Part shown: positions 35,749 through 48,596 of the stretch, piece by piece | How the letters are laid out: every line of letters begins with the position of its first letter | How positions within the stretch are numbered: the first letter of the stretch is position 1 | NCBI RefSeq assembly: GCF_963676685.1 | Contig: NC_092353.1 | Coordinates: 20,243,307 to 20,307,306, forward strand | Reading direction: 5' to 3' | DNA: 64,000 bases | From: Mytilus edulis | Lineage: Eukaryota | Program-made: the position numbers and the translations under genes | Notes under the pieces: generated by a model | Told to the model about the DNA's origin: nothing | Database searches by the model: none | What the model saw: only the letters and a program-made list of their open reading frames with translations

Positions 35749-35829
35749 CTTTCCTTTCGTCATACTTAATTCTGATGTGTACACTACTGTTGATATCTGT
35801 TGCCCTCCTATCTCAGCCTTCAATGTAGC
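35749..35829 (-). CDS. PARP4: PARP4 exon 22 (ATLKAEIGGQQISTVVYTSELSMTKGK)
   Basis: Matches PARP4 ATLCALIQEKEFRTMVSTTELQKTTG. Acceptor tattttag|GCTACATTG. Donor GGAAAG|gtaaaaaa. 81 nt. Confidence 0.75.
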
Positions 35830-36657
35830 CTAAAATATACAAAATCAAAGCCATTTCAATTGATATTGTATAGTGTTTTATATGTTGTGATGTAACATTA
35901 TTGTTTCAGGTTAGGGTGAAGGTTGGCGCCCATTAAAAGGTTTAAACCTAATGCATTTGTTAATTTGCACTAAATTTCTAAAGTCAAAAACCTGATGTTC
36001 TGTGATTGTTGTTTGTTTATATGGTTCATAAGTTTTTCTCATTTCTTGTTTTTTTTTATATATATTAGACTGTTGGCTTTACTGTTTGAATGTTTTTTTA
36101 CACCTTTATAACTTGTTGTTCAGTGTGAGCTAAGGCTCCTAGTTGAAACCTATGACCTATAATGGTTTATTATTTACAAATTATGACTTGGATAGAGAGT
36201 TCTCTCATTGGCACTCATACCACATCTTCTTATACTATTAATTTCTTGGTTATCTGTATAAATTTCAATTCATTAAAATACAATGACTATTAATACTCTT
36301 AATATGGCTAAAAAATCTGTTAAGGAGAACCATATATGTAACTGTAAATTCAGAAATTATTACGTGCATCTGTTACTGCGATTTTGTCATTTAAGTTATG
36401 CAATATTGATAAAAATCCTATTTAATTCATATAAAAAATTCAAAATGAGAGTTTAAATTATTGCCATTATAAGCCATTTTCCACAATAATAAAAACATCG
36501 CAATAATTTCTAAATTTACAGTACTGAGAGGACAATAAATCAGGTCCTAAAATACTTGTTCTAGTTTTTATACTTCAAAATCAATTGTCAAATTGTCAAT
36601 TTCCTTGAAGATGAAAAATTCCACTTTGCCGAATCAACAATTGTCCTACATAATTAC

Positions 36658-36822
36658 CATTTTGCAATTGCTGACAAATCCATATACCACAAGTCTGGAG
36701 CCATTAAACAGAGCTGTGATTTGTTGTGGAGCTTGAACTGGAGGAGGATTATCAAACTGTTGCCAAACAACTGATACAGAGGTCAGCACTGGCTGAGAGG
36801 TCTTCTGAATTTGGGATTTCAC
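36658..36822 (-). CDS. PARP4: PARP4 exon 21 (VKSQIQKTSQPVLTSVSVVWQQFDNPPPVQAPQQITALFNGSRLVVYGFVSNCKM)
   Basis: Matches PARP4 IEDQMTRLCSPSCHSVSVKWQQLNPDVPEALQAPAQVPSLFLNDRLLVYGFIPHCTQ. Acceptor gtttacag|GTGAAATCC. Donor AAAATG|gtaattatg. 165 nt. Confidence 0.9.
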
Positions 36823-37284
36823 CTGTAAACAAAGAATTAATTAGCCCCATCATATATTAAATGATCAACATATTTTTGAAAATGTCTTGCAAATTGTATA
36901 TAAAATAATAAAAGGGGCAATAAATTCTATTTTTGATAGCTCAATACCACACAATGTTTAAAGATGTACAATGCCATCACATATATATTTTAGCAGTAAA
37001 ATGTTATTTGTTTACATTTTCCCCACACTTACTCTACCACACACTTCCTCCTATCTGAACTGAGAAAAATAATAGTGAAACATAGAATTTACCATAACAT
37101 ATATATGCTATCATGAAATAAACAGTCACAAAGAAATCTTACTGAAACAACAATATAATATAAAATTACAAAAACATGTACTTACAAATATATAAAGTAA
37201 TGCTGTTCTTTGCTTATTGTAACTTATTTCCATAAACTTTAAAAAAATAAATATGCATCTATCTTTAAACATGTCACATCTTAC

Positions 37285-37384
37285 CTTACTTTCCCACTTT
37301 GATTTTGCATGAGAATCAAAATATTCAAAGGAACCTGCTCCAAGTCTGGACATAGCCTTTAATACATGTTTGTTAGCAATAGAA
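37285..37384 (-). CDS. PARP4: PARP4 exon 20, vWA end (SSIANKHVLKAMSRLGAGSFEYFDSHAKSKWESK)
   Basis: Matches PARP4 STANRHVLRILSQCGAGVFEYFNAKSKHSWRKQ. Acceptor atttcag|TTCTATTGC. Donor AGTAAG|gtaagatg. Confidence 0.85.
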
Positions 37385-37970
37385 CTGAAATATAAGTAAA
37401 CAATGTTTTTATTTACATCAATACTCACACAGCACACTACCTTTTGTCCTGAAAATGTACCTTAATAATTATCAAATTAGTACAGGTACTTCCAATCTAT
37501 TTTATTATTTGTGGCATAGCAGTGCGAAATACTAGTGTTGTTTTTTCTCTCGACACAACACAACTGCAATGGTATTTATATGGTATGGTACTCACATTGA
37601 GTGTGGAAGGGTATGGGTTTGCTTGTTATCAGAATCAAAACAAAGACTTTAAAATTGGTATTTGGCTGCTTCTCTGCTAACAATACAGTATTATTGAGTT
37701 AGAATAGAACACCAGCTGGTAAGAAATTCACATAATGTGTGCAGGTAAGTTGTCAGATCTTTATTTCAACTATTACCACAGAACTAGCACTGGAAGAATC
37801 TGAAAATCTGGCTCAGAATTCAGTCTGCTACACAACAGTGTTCATAGCCATATCAAATACTGCTTCCATCCTAAATATGCTTTCAATTATTTTTCACAAT
37901 ATAAAATACTTTTTCTTATAACTTATGAATAAATTGTAAATACACACATTTGTTTTAAACATTTGCTTAC

Positions 37971-38158
37971 CTGACACCAAATGTAAAGATCCTTGTGTGT
38001 TGACAATTGTCATGAACAGCTTTAAGAGTTGTCTCCTCATTATTAATATGGCCGTCAGATAATATAAAGACATTTCTCAAAGAGTTCTCCGGCTTTAGGA
38101 GGAAGAAACTGTGGAGAGGGCGATATACCTCTGTGCTTCCCATATTAGCATGTATTCC
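37971..38158 (-). CDS. PARP4: PARP4 exon 19, vWA (GIHANMGSTEVYRPLHSFFLLKPENSLRNVFILSDGHINNEETTLKAVHDNCQHTRIFTFGVS)
   Basis: Matches PARP4 TMGNTDFWKTLRYLSLLYPARGSRNILLVSDGHLQDESLTLQLVKRSRPHTRLFACGIG. Acceptor ttttacag|GGAATAC. Donor GTCAG|gtaagcaa. Confidence 0.8.
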
Positions 38159-38413
38159 CTGTAAAAGTATACCAGATATTCATTTATGATATTTAATCAA
38201 GACTTCCTGAAATCATTCATAATATTGTGTAGAATATTATACAAATCAAAAGACATGACTGTTTACCTTTATTTTTCATCAAGGAATTATAATTTTGCTC
38301 TCAAATCAACTTATTACATTATTATACAATACTTTATAAATTAATTCAACAATCATGAACAATAAATGTGAAGAAAATAAAAACTAAAAGCTAGTAAAGT
38401 CTAAATGCAATAC

Positions 38414-38487
38414 CTGAACAAACTGTTCTGCAACCTTCAGAGTACTTTTTGATTTCATTTGGCTGGTTGGGAATAATTCTTTATAAC
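38414..38487 (-). CDS. PARP4: PARP4 exon 18 (CYKELFPTSQMKSKSTLKVAEQFVQ)
   Basis: Matches PARP4 GYKELFSYPKHITSNTMAAEFIMSA. Acceptor ttacctag|GTTATAAAG. Donor TTCAG|gtattgc. Phase 1 to 0. Confidence 0.75.
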
Positions 38488-38805
38488 CTAGGTAATACAA
38501 AAGTTATGTCATGTGAGATAGCAAATGCATGACAACAAAATACTGTCAGATACTAATTCATGTGTAATACCACCATTGATTTTCCCCTATCAGTCTTTGT
38601 TAAATTTGCACTTTCCCAAACAAATGTGCAGAATTTATCTTTGTTTCAAATAAAGAAATACTTGGCATGAGTAAAGTTTTATCCTGTTCAGTAACATATG
38701 TTTATTGTTCTGAATTATTAAGCAAAGGTTTAATTTCAAGTGAGTTTTTTTTCAGTTTACTAAGCCTGTTAATACAGCATAACATATATGGTTCAGTTGA
38801 CTTAC

Positions 38806-38992
38806 ATGTGCCGAATACTACAATGTTAAACAAACTATGAGCTGTCAAGTGATTTAATGTCAGCAGTAAAATTTTCTTGGCTTCCAACAAAGCTTTCCCC
38901 TTCATTGAATTTGAAAGGTCAAGGACAAGTATTATCTCTGTTTCGTTGTCTTCTGCTGCTTCAAATTCTGGATAAAATGTCAACATGGCCGC
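38806..38992 (-). CDS. PARP4: PARP4 exon 17, vWA domain start (AAMLTFYPEFEAAEDNETEIILVLDLSNSMKGKALLEAKKILLLTLNHLTAHSLFNIVVFGT)
   Basis: Matches PARP4 ACMLVFQPDLDVDLPDLASESEVIICLDCSSSMEGVTFLQAKQIALHALSLVGEKQKVNIIQFGT (MIDAS DxSxS motif present). Acceptor ttttttag|GCGGCC. Donor ACAT|gtaagt, phase 1. Confidence 0.85.
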
Positions 38993-39160
38993 CTAAAAAA
39001 ACAATTGTGTGATTTTTAGTTTCTGTATACTGTATTAAATAGGTCAAAGGTCAAAATGAAAATAATGTAAAGATAACAATGTTTTACCCTCATTTCAATA
39101 ACTGATCTATTAGTTTTGTATAACATGGTTGCTTTTTTAACAAATGAAATTAACAAGTAC

Positions 39161-39295
39161 CTCAGTCTGTGTTCCTTCACTATCCATCTCAACCCACATC
39201 CTCGGAACATGTATCTCAGCAAGTCCAATCAGTAACTGAAATCCATCAGATATTTTCTGCCCAATCATCTCAATGATACAACTTGTGGCTGTTTT
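39161..39295 (-). CDS. PARP4: PARP4 exon 16 (KTATSCIIEMIGQKISDGFQLLIGLAEIHVPRMWVEMDSEGTQTE)
   Basis: Matches PARP4 KRTDCKAVISTMEGSSLDSSGFSLHIGLSAAYLPRMWVEKHPEKESE. Acceptor aattatag|AAAACAGCC. Donor ACTGAG|gtacttg. Confidence 0.85.
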
Positions 39296-39746
39296 CTATA
39301 ATTATGAAATCATTGTTATAAAGCATGAATTAAGCAATGGGCATATACTGAAATGAGACAGTATTACCTGGCAAAAAAATTTACTGAGGATTCATTTATT
39401 TTCGTGGGTTTAAATTGTGCATTTTCATGGATATTTGATTATGTGGTTTTGCCAATATCTGCTTACAAAGCCTATAGGAAATTTATAATACATTAAACAT
39501 TCTTATTTATTTTTCACCTGTACCCAGGAAACCCATGAAAATTGGTATCCATGCAACTAATAATAATGAATCCACAGTTATTAAACTATATTTAAAAGGT
39601 GCATTTTTTTAAAGGATCAATATTTTGCACTAAAACAGCTACCAAATGACACAAGAAAGTAAAACAGACATCTAGAGTGCAACCTACTGTTTTGAACATG
39701 ACTAGTGTCAATACAATATGACATGTACAGAAATAAGAATACAGAC

Positions 39747-39839
39747 CTTTTTTCTGATTTGATGTGTTAGGCATGTTATAGTTCTAATATCGAATGGCAT
39801 CTTTACGGAGACTTGTATACTACAACTGTCTTCTGAACT
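39747..39839 (-). CDS. PARP4: PARP4 exon 15 (SSEDSCSIQVSVKMPFDIRTITCLTHQIRKK)
   Basis: Matches PARP4 SFSLTMSIEMPYVIEFIFSDTHELKQKR. Acceptor ttttcag|AGTTCAG. Donor AAAAAG|gtctgt. Confidence 0.7.
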
Positions 39840-40540
39840 CTGAAAATATAATACAGTTATCATTCACATTTCTCTTTTTTTTGGTACAACAAAACACATT
39901 AACAGGTCCAAGAATACAGAAATTATTGGATTTGCAGTTTAAAAGGTAATTTTTATGTTCAATGGTATGTTTCAGTAGTTTTATTGTAATTTGTGTAGTT
40001 CTGTGGTATATATTGAGTGTTCTTTGGTATATATTGAGTGTTCTTTGGTATTCTGCAGTGTTCTGTGGTGTTCTGTGGTGTTCTGTGATAAAAAGACGCT
40101 ACTGAAATTCATTGGTACTCTTGCAACTTTGAACTATTCCAATTTGTTCTTGTATTTCCTTTTTGTTTAGAGATTACTTATAATAAAGCAATTAATAAAT
40201 CTTTCGCTTTACTTAACTTATCTCTTTTACATCAATGTTATAGGCTCTCTGCTTCTCTACTGACAAACAGAATAAAGAAATCAATCAGTTTTATATACTC
40301 TTGTATTAATTATATATCCTTCTCATTCTCCTTATAACTAACATTTGTACTGTATATTGAAAGACTTCTATTTTTGCCACAAAACATTCTAGGGATGAAC
40401 AAATTGTCTCAGTCTATTTGCAATTATCTCCATTGACTTATTACAATGATGAGTGGGCTACTTTAATCTGACAAAACAATAAGCATGATCCTGGATCAGA
40501 CCCCAAATGAGACCCTCATATTATAGATAATCTCCCTTAC

Positions 40541-40696
40541 CTCAGTATTACTGGGTCCCTGTTTCCAAGGAGCCACAGATCCAGGAATTGTGAAGTTAAT
40601 CAATTCTCCCTCCACTTGTAATTCTGATACATAAGTTATCTTGATGAGGGCTACACAACCTGGTGGTAGATTACCCACACTGACAGTAAATACATC
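40541..40696 (-). CDS. PARP4: PARP4 exon 14, VIT domain (DVFTVSVGNLPPGCVALIKITYVSELQVEGELINFTIPGSVAPWKQGPSNTE)
   Basis: Matches PARP4 DVFTVSVGNLPPKAKVLIKITYITELSILGTVGVFFMPATVAPWQQD. Acceptor ttttttag|GATGTA. Donor ACTGAG|gtaagggag. 156 nt. Confidence 0.9.
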
Positions 40697-41393
40697 CTAA
40701 AAAAGAAATTCCATATGATATCCTTTTCAAACAGAGACTTTTACAAATGTATAACAATCAGACAAAATATATCACTTATAACCTTGTTTAATAATATTTG
40801 TAATTCATAGCCTCTGTCACCAATAAAAGAATTCAATCATAATATTTTAAATGTAATCGTGTGTGAAAGTTCTTCAAACCAACTCAATTTTGATACATAT
40901 TTCAAAGTAACATGCTTGATTTAAAATCTCAATATATAAAAGTGATATCAAATAAATCCTGCAAACAGCATAATTCCTAAATTTGAAACCAGTTTTGTTG
41001 CATAGTCAAAATTATTCAACACCACACTAAAGGCTACCGCTGTTTTTAGTCCTACTTTTTTGCTGAATATAAGAAAGATGTGGTATGATTGCCAATGAGA
41101 CAACTCTCAGCAAGAGACCAAATTAAAACAGAAATAAGCAACTATAGGTCACTGTATGGCCTTCAACAATAAACAAAGGCACATACCGCATAGTTAGCTA
41201 TTAAAGGCCCTGAAATGACAATTCAAACAGGTAAACTAACAGCCTTATTAATGTACAAAAATTAAAAAAAAAAAAACATTATGTAACACATGAACAAACT
41301 ACATCCACTGAATTACAAGCTCCTTACTTGAAGTCAATAAAAACCAATCTATCAAGAGAAGATCTTAACAGCACAGAACTAGAATTTATTTAC

Positions 41394-41618
41394 CGGAGTT
41401 TCTTCATCCTGATCCATGAGATAAGCTCCATGTCCTTCACTTATTGCCTTCTTGTATTCCTTGTGAGCCGTCTCCTTCTCCTTTACTTCTCCCACAATAT
41501 GTTTACCGTTGATAAAAGCTTCAAATCCACAAACAGCAGCCATATCATCTAATGGAAACACATATTTAGCTTCTAGAGTAGAGGTACTAGTATTGTGGTA
41601 TTCTTGGAGTACTACAAC
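41394..41618 (-). CDS. PARP4: PARP4 exon 13, VIT domain (VVVLQEYHNTSTSTLEAKYVFPLDDMAAVCGFEAFINGKHIVGEVKEKETAHKEYKKAISEGHGAYLMDQDEETP)
   Basis: Near-identical to PARP4 VAQVIVFQTYTNKSHVPIEAKYIFPLDDKAAVCGFEAFINGKHIVGEIKEKEEAQQEYLEAVTQGHGAYLMSQDAP. Acceptor tgttag|GTTGTAG. Donor ACTCCG|gtaaat. 225 nt. Confidence 0.9.
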
Positions 41619-42859
41619 CTAACAATATAAAATAACAAAACTATGATAAAAGACAACATCCAGAATTTTTGCAAGGAAATGCTTTTTGGCAACTAACAGT
41701 GGCGTCTTCAGGATAATTTAATTTGCAGTTGTCTTTTTATAGGTTTATTTTCACAAGGGTTTTAAGACAACATCAGTATCCACCTTGGACTCAACTATAC
41801 CAGCTTGTACCGTTTGATGGTGATGGTCCACTTGATGTATAATATAAAATAATGTAAGAGAAATATATAATATGTTTGTAAAGTACCAGTAGAGACAAGG
41901 TTAGTGAGGTATTTTTGTGACACCTAATTATAAAATGTTGTTGTAGTACTAGATCTATTGTGTCTAATTTTCTCAAAGATATCTTATCCATTCCTATACC
42001 TGCACCATGTGAAGTTTAACTAGATTAGAGGCTGACAAAATTGTATTTTCTTTGCCTAGGAAACTAGCTAGTTGAAATTAAACCAATCCATCTGGAAAGA
42101 CAATTAATAAACAGCTGCACCATGAGCACATGATACGCCCTTCGTCTTGTTAGTGAAGTTTTATGCAATAATCATAATTAGTTTCTGAGATACAGCGTGA
42201 CATATGAAAAAAAACATTTTTTTTTACAAAAAACTTAATAAAGCAAAAATAAATTTTGAATCATCACCAAAAAGTATACAGATCTTAAGATTAATATAAC
42301 TAAGAAGTGTGTAAAGTTTTAAGCAATAATCATTAATCATTTTTGAGATTTTGAGTTAAAATCCTATTTTCACCAAAAAGTATACAGATCGTTTGACTAT
42401 CATGAGAAACAACTATGTTAAGTTTCATGAAATTTGGATAAGGGGTTCTCAAGTTACGGTGCGACATGTGGATGCTGGACAGACAGACGGACACCGGACA
42501 TTTGTATACCATAATACGTCCTGTCAAAATTTTGACAGGCGTATAAAAATGAATGGAGAGTATGTTCATGTAACACAGATGATGCCCCCATTTGCATATA
42601 ATATTATGAAGGGATATAACTCAAGAATGGTAAATGTGACATCACCCAAATTTCTAATTTGATCAGTGTTTTGTGGTAATACACACAGTGAATAAGTTTC
42701 ATAACATTTGATTGAGTCAAACTAAAGTTGGAGAAAGGAAACAAATGTCTGGAAGTACATGCCCTTATGTACCTATGTATGGACACAGGGACAATGGTTA
42801 AAATTAATGCCCCTTCGAGTGATGGTGAGGGCATTAAAAACATTTATTATAGTAACAGT

Positions 42860-43100
42860 TCTTGTGATAATCATACCTTTGAGGCCAAGTCCATAAGCTG
42901 AGCTCTGATATCGACTTATTTACATGTTAATCATACCTTTGAGGCCAAGTCCATAAGCTGAGCTCTGATATCGACTTATTTACATGTTAATCATACCTTT
43001 GAGGCCAAGTCCATAAGCTGAGCTCTGATATGGACTGATTTACATAATCATACCTTTGAAGCTAAGTCCATAAGCTGAGCTCTGATATGGACTGATTTAA
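42860..43100. repeat. 60-bp ×4 tandem repeat duplicating the last 33 nt plus donor site (AAG|gtatgatta) of PARP4 exon 12
   Basis: Unit ACATGTAAATAAGTCGATATCAGAGCTCAGCTTATGGACTTGGCCTCAAAGgtatgatta. The first copy is contiguous with the exon. Confidence 0.8.
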
Positions 43101-43187
43101 GAACACATGATTCTCCTGAGGTAGATACCAATCCTGGCTCTACTTTGGCCATGGGATTCTTTATTTCAGAAACATCTTTTAAATCAA
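43054..43187 (-). CDS. PARP4: PARP4 exon 12 (IDLKDVSEIKNPMAKVEPGLVSTSGESCVLKSVHIRAQLMDLASK). The donor region is tandemly duplicated; see the repeat at 42860-43100.
   Basis: ESCVLKSVHIRAQLMDLASK ~ PARP4 NLVPLEDVHIKGRIIDTVAQ. Acceptor atatttcag|TTGATT, phase 1. Donor AAG|gtatga. 134 nt in phase. Confidence 0.6.
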
Positions 43188-43199
43188 CTGAAATATATG

Positions 43200-44827
43200 T
43201 ATATGTTAGCGGCAATAAGTGAAATTAGGCATTAAGCTTAAATCCTAGGCAATAAGCTAACGCCTAGGCAGTAAGTCTATTGCCTAAATGATGTTAGGCA
43301 TTAGTCCTAAATCCTAGGATTTAAGCTTAAATCCTGAAAAATATGTGCAGGCATTAAGCTTAATGCCTAAAACATAAATGCGAGTAAATAAAAGTCATTT
43401 ATTCATTTAAATAACAATATAATGGTAAAATAATAACATTATGAGAACTGGGGCCTGTTTATCGAAACTGTCCTAAGATCGATCCTATAAGATATTCCTA
43501 GGACAGAAATTATGATAAAATTAGGACCGACTTACGACATGTCTCAGCATGCACATTGAAGGTATCTGAGGATTATCTTAGCTAGGATGTCCTAACCGCG
43601 TATTGACGTAACAAAATAGCAAATGAAAAAAATTATTATTGTATCAAATTTAACCAACCACTTTAATTTAAAAACCGACTAATTATTAGAAAATAAATAT
43701 TAGTTTTAAATTATAATAATTTTTACATTGTAAACTATATGAAACAAAACATAAGTAAAAATATAACTAGAGTGGGGTGCTCATTTTCACCATATCTTTC
43801 CATGTTTTCTTCAGTTTAAGTTCAGGTCTTTATGTTTTTGAAGTATACTGCTATTTCTATATGAAGATAATTTCAAATGCAAACGGGGGACACATATTCG
43901 CCGTTGTTACACATCTATTTAAAATAACTTCAGCTTTAAATAATATTTATCAAATAAATTTCATTATAGATGAATAGCAGACATTTGAAAGGTGTAAAAA
44001 ACGAAATTTAGGGCAATCAGTCAAAGAATTACTAAAGAAATACTTCTTTGAAATCGTTTTTTGCATTCAGGAAATTGGCCGAAATTCATGCTATGAGGGA
44101 GCTGAAATGGAAGTGTCACAACACTCCACAAGAGACTGGAAATAAAATCACTAATAAGATATGTTATCTATATTAAAATAATAATCTAAAAATATGAAAA
44201 CCTGATAAATATTTGTGTTCACATAATTTTGTTATCACAAGTTGTGAAACTGTTAATAAAGAAAACTTACTTATCCTATAAAAAAAAATGAAAAATGGTG
44301 TGAGCAAAAAATTCACATTTTAATTTTGTCTACTTTTGACCAGTTTAAATCAGCTCGACTATAGTGAAGTGAAATTTTTTTCAAATAAATATTAAAATTA
44401 TTTTATAGAATCTCCCCCTTGTTTAATTGGATTATAACAATCACTTTTTAATTTTTTTTTAATATTTTGTAATATCACAAAAACATGAAAAAAGTATGTG
44501 TAAATTCTGTTTTTTAACTGCTAAAATTACTAAATAAACTTACTAAATTTGAAGATCTGTCAAATGAATGTATATTTACACATGTTATATAAGAAATAAA
44601 TTAAGTAACTCCTTTATATCAAGAATAAATCACCAAATATGCATTAATTCCAGATTTCACTTATTGCCTAAAATTATGTTCGGCAATAGGACGAATAATC
44701 ATCATAAGATTTCAGGTAATAAGCTTAATGCCTGAAAATTTCAGGCAATAACTTAATGCCTAGGCGTTAGCTTATTGCCTAGGATTTAAGCTTAATGCCT
44801 AATTTCACTTATTGCCACTAACATATA
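43200..44827. mobile_element. Non-autonomous TIR DNA transposon (~1.6 kb) with ~70-bp near-perfect TIRs TATATGTTAG(C/T)GGCAATAAGTGAAATTAGGCATTAAGCTTAAATCCTAGGCAATAAGCTAACGCCTAGGC. Lies in PARP4 intron. TA flanks are compatible with Tc1/mariner but ambiguous.
   Basis: Reverse-complement identity of 43200-43270 with 44757-44827. No transposase ORF. Confidence 0.6.
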
Positions 44828-45317
44828 TAAATATTAGCCAAGGAAACAACTTTTAGGAAATACCTGAAATATATATAATTTATTGTATGAAAAATGTTTT
44901 TGCAACTGATAATATCAAGTGCACATGCCAACTATGAAGATATTTATCAAAAGATCCAATAAGTTGACATGGTTGCAATAGTTATCATATTTGAAAAAAT
45001 TAAAAATATACTGTGAATTATTAACAATATATTTTTTGAATCATAATTATGTTAGTCTGTAAGAAAACAGTTAAAGCCTGTTACAATCCTCAAAAGCAAT
45101 TTACAAGATGATTATTGTTTCAAATTATTGTTCATTGTTGAATGCTGTACAGTGATCTATAGATTTTGTGCCATTAACTTCTATGTTATTTGGTCACTGA
45201 TGGAGAGTTGTCTCATTGGCTATCAATTTTATAAATAGTACTGTGTTAAATTATGGCCTGGTAATTTGATATCCTGTATTTTATTTGAATGTATTAAAAT
45301 TATTTGGACTGATTTAC

Positions 45318-45462
45318 TTTTATCTTCTACTTCTGAGTCTTCCTCTATTTCGTCTGACAATTCTCCTATACTCAATGTCTTCTTATTATCTCCCTTGACA
45401 GAGAACTCTACCAAGTACTGTGTCATCTGTTGGTCAGTGTTGTAAATTACAAACTCATTATC
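45318..45462 (-). CDS. PARP4: PARP4 exon 11 (DNEFVIYNTDQQMTQYLVEFSVKGDNKKTLSIGELSDEIEEDSEVEDK)
   Basis: Matches PARP4 DDEFVVYKTNQVKMKYIIKFSMPGDQIKDF. Acceptor aacacag|GATAATGAG. Donor AAAA|gtaaatc, phase 1. Confidence 0.75.
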
Positions 45463-45732
45463 CTGTGTTTGAAGACAAATTATTTATTGTACAGCTAATA
45501 AAGAATTGATTCTAAATAGAAAAAAATTATGTATTACATGCTTAACACTCATTGGACATTGTATTTTCTATTTTAGAATTAGTTAGCAGAAAACTGGATT
45601 GACCGCAAAGAATTACTTTCCTTGCTTAGATTGTTAATAAGTCTTAAATGGTAAATTATTTATGTTCTGAAAAGAAAGGAAAGTTTTTTGGAATGTCTGA
45701 GTATATTGTGATGCTAAAAATCAAATAAAACC

Positions 45733-47805
45733 AGATGCTCCGCAGGGCGCAGCTTTATATGACCGCAGAGGTCGAACCCTGAACAGTTGGGGCTAGTATG
45801 GACACAACATTCAAGCTGGATAAATACACTGTTAGATTCGGTATATCAAAGAACCCCAATAGTTCAATTTTTGGTGAAATCAAACAATGTTTAATTTGTA
45901 CCCTTTTGACCCCTAATTCCTAAACTGTTGGGACCAAAACTCCAAAATCAATCCCAACCTTCCTTTTGTGGTCATAAACCTTGTGTTAAAATTTCTATTT
46001 ACTTATACTAAAGTTATTGTGCAATCAAAGAGCTGAAGAGCTCTGAGGGAAAAGACGGCCATTGTTTCAATTTTTAGGGGGGTATCTTTTAATAGTCTAC
46101 ATACAAAGAATGAGCAAAAGAACAGCTAGAACATATAGAAAGGCTGACAATAATGAAACTAATTGTTGTTTATTGTTATTTCATTTCCTTAGTCAAGAAT
46201 TCATCATAGAGACAATTTGGACCAATGAGATCTGCACCTTCTAAATCAAAACATTTAATTAAAGTTGGGAGTTAATTATCTAAAATTAAATTGAATTTAA
46301 CAACTACTACAATATACTTTAGAATTTTAATTATGTACAACTGAATGGCAGGCTAAGACCATTCTCAATTTTTTGTGACAGTATTCTCAAGAAAGTGAGG
46401 ACTGAAAAATCTATTCAGTTTTAATTTGCCATTGATAAATTTCCCAGTTACAACTCTCATCACAGGGCTACATGTACTTATAAAATCAAATATGATTGAT
46501 ATAAGCTGTGTGAAGTTTGTTTACAGATCCCACATTTTGATATATCTGTAAAATTCATGAATAAATAGCTTTAAAAGCAATATTTAAAAAAAAAAAAAAA
46601 AAAAATGACCACTACAATAATTATGTTGGTACGCAAAATTCTTTTTTTATTGATGACTACTTATCATATATACTTAATGTGACATTTTTAGTGTTCAGAT
46701 ACATTAACTTTCATTTTAGTGGGTAATTACTCATCAATTGAGGTGCCCCTTAATTGGAGAAAGATTCTAAAAACATAACTTTTCAGAAAGAATGAAAACT
46801 GCAGTTGCTCTCCCCAATCTCAATAGGAATATACTACAAAAAGCAAAATTTTTTTTTTTTTTTAACCATTTCAATAATTATGTTGGTACACAAAATTTTT
46901 TTTATATAGAAGACTACTTATCATATACTAAATGTCAAATTTTAAGTGTTCAGAAACATTTACTTTGATTTTAGAATATAATTACTCATCAATTGAGGTG
47001 CTCCTGAATTGGAGGAAGATTCTAAAAACAAAACTTTACAGAAACAATGAAAACTGCCGTTTCTCTCCCCTATCTCATGTATCCCCATTGACATTGTTTA
47101 CCGCGAAAGTTGACCTACAAATTATCTGATTATAGCCTCAGATTAAAGCATTGCATGTTGGTGTGTGAATCATCTACACTACAGCAAACATCATTAGGTT
47201 TACATTTAACAAATACGGATTTTAAATTAGTATACAAATACTGTGAATGATTTTTATAATGAATAAAGGATATCCCTGTGTAGGTCGGCATTCCAACAAT
47301 GACGTCACTAGGTTAGATATATTTAGAATATTTCGTAATACTGATTTTTCCGGACTGTAAAAGAAACGTATATAGTGTAAGGGAAAGCTCAATATACGAT
47401 AATTTCACGAGATACAGAAGGGAAATGTGTAAAAATTTTATTTAAAGTCAATCTGTTTTTCATCAATTTCAGTATGACATTTTGAGGGGGTTTCCTAACT
47501 ATCAAAACAAAATGATTGACGTGAGGGAATGATACTCTGGCCAACCCCATTAGGGAATTGACGGCTTGAAGCCGTCTTTCCCCAAAAACCAAGAAAAATG
47601 CTTATTTGGAACCTTTTTTGGCCCCTAATTCCTAAACTGTTTGGACCAAAACTCCCAAAATCAATACCAACCTTCCTTTTATGGTCATAAACCTTGCATT
47701 TAAATTTCATAGATTTCTATTCACTTATACTATAGTTATAGTGCTAAAACCAAATGTCTTCGGACGACGACGAAATATACGACAAAAAAATTTGGTCGTA
47801 TTAAA
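45733..47805. mobile_element. Family A composite element (head 45733-45830, tail 47575-47805) with nested insertion of family B repeat (46026-47575). Lies in PARP4 intron.
   Basis: Head CCAGATGCTCCGCAGGGCGCAGCTTTATATGACCGCAGAGGTCGAACC. Tail cttcggacgacgacgaaatatacgacaaaaaaatttggtcgtatt. The internal 1.5 kb matches 14838-16130. Confidence 0.55.
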
Positions 47806-47887
47806 GAAACACCCAAAACTTCAGATTGTTGTTTTTAATTTCATCCCAACACAAAAGTCACATTTGCCTCAGATTATATACATGTAC

Positions 47888-48071
47888 CTTGAATTCTGAA
47901 GGTTGATCTTCTGATGAAGCTACACCATGACAGCTTTCATAACCCTCTGGAGGCCCCTGTAGGTCTTTTTGGTATTCAGTGAAATCTTTACAGTTGCCAA
48001 GGGCAACATTACTGACTAGCATCATTCTGGTACCCTTACATTTACTTTGGTCTGAGTACTGTATACTAGTA
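47888..48071 (-). CDS. PARP4: PARP4 exon 10, catalytic core (STSIQYSDQSKCKGTRMMLVSNVALGNCKDFTEYQKDLQGPPEGYESCHGVASSEDQPSEFK)
   Basis: Matches PARP4 LSTSIKYSHPGETDGTRLLLICDVALGKCMDLHEKDFSLTEAPPGYDSVHGVSQT. Acceptor tattacag|TACTAG. Donor TTCAAG|gtacatg. Confidence 0.85.
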
Positions 48072-48497
48072 CTGTAATATAAATATACCAGGTGTTGTTA
48101 ATTATGTATTTTGACATTACCCCTTGTTTGGCCCCAAATTATACAATTAGCACTTTGCACTTTGGAAAAATAAAAGTAAGTTGCATTTTAAACATTTATG
48201 TTTCCATCTCTAAGTAAATTGATTCAAGGATTTTCATAAATGTGAATAATGGGACTTGATCGCAATAATAAGAAATCCCATTTTCTGATATTGGATACTT
48301 ATGTATATCTTTATGAAGATTAAGTTGAAATCGCAATAACCAGTCTTACATTTTGGTTAGATCTTCAAAAATGACAATTATAAATGCATGCAATAATTTC
48401 TGAACTTCCAGTATTTATATTCACATGTATCTTACCTTCTGTGAATAGATGTTATGAAAATTGGATGAATGTTACAAACAGAATCACATTTACATAC

Positions 48498-48596
48498 CTA
48501 GCAGAACTGGCAAAGTAGATTCCATTTCCCAGCATTCCTGCATCTGTTCTGGTTCCACCAAAATCATCAACTACAACTTTAGGCAGCATTAAACCT
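48498..48596 (-). CDS. PARP4: PARP4 exon 9, PARP catalytic core (RGLMLPKVVVDDFGGTRTDAGMLGNGIYFASSA)
   Basis: Near-identical to PARP4 RGLLLPKVVEDRGVQRTDVGNLGSGIYFSDS. Acceptor ttgcag|AGGTTTAATG. Donor GCTAG|gtatgtaaat. Confidence 0.85.
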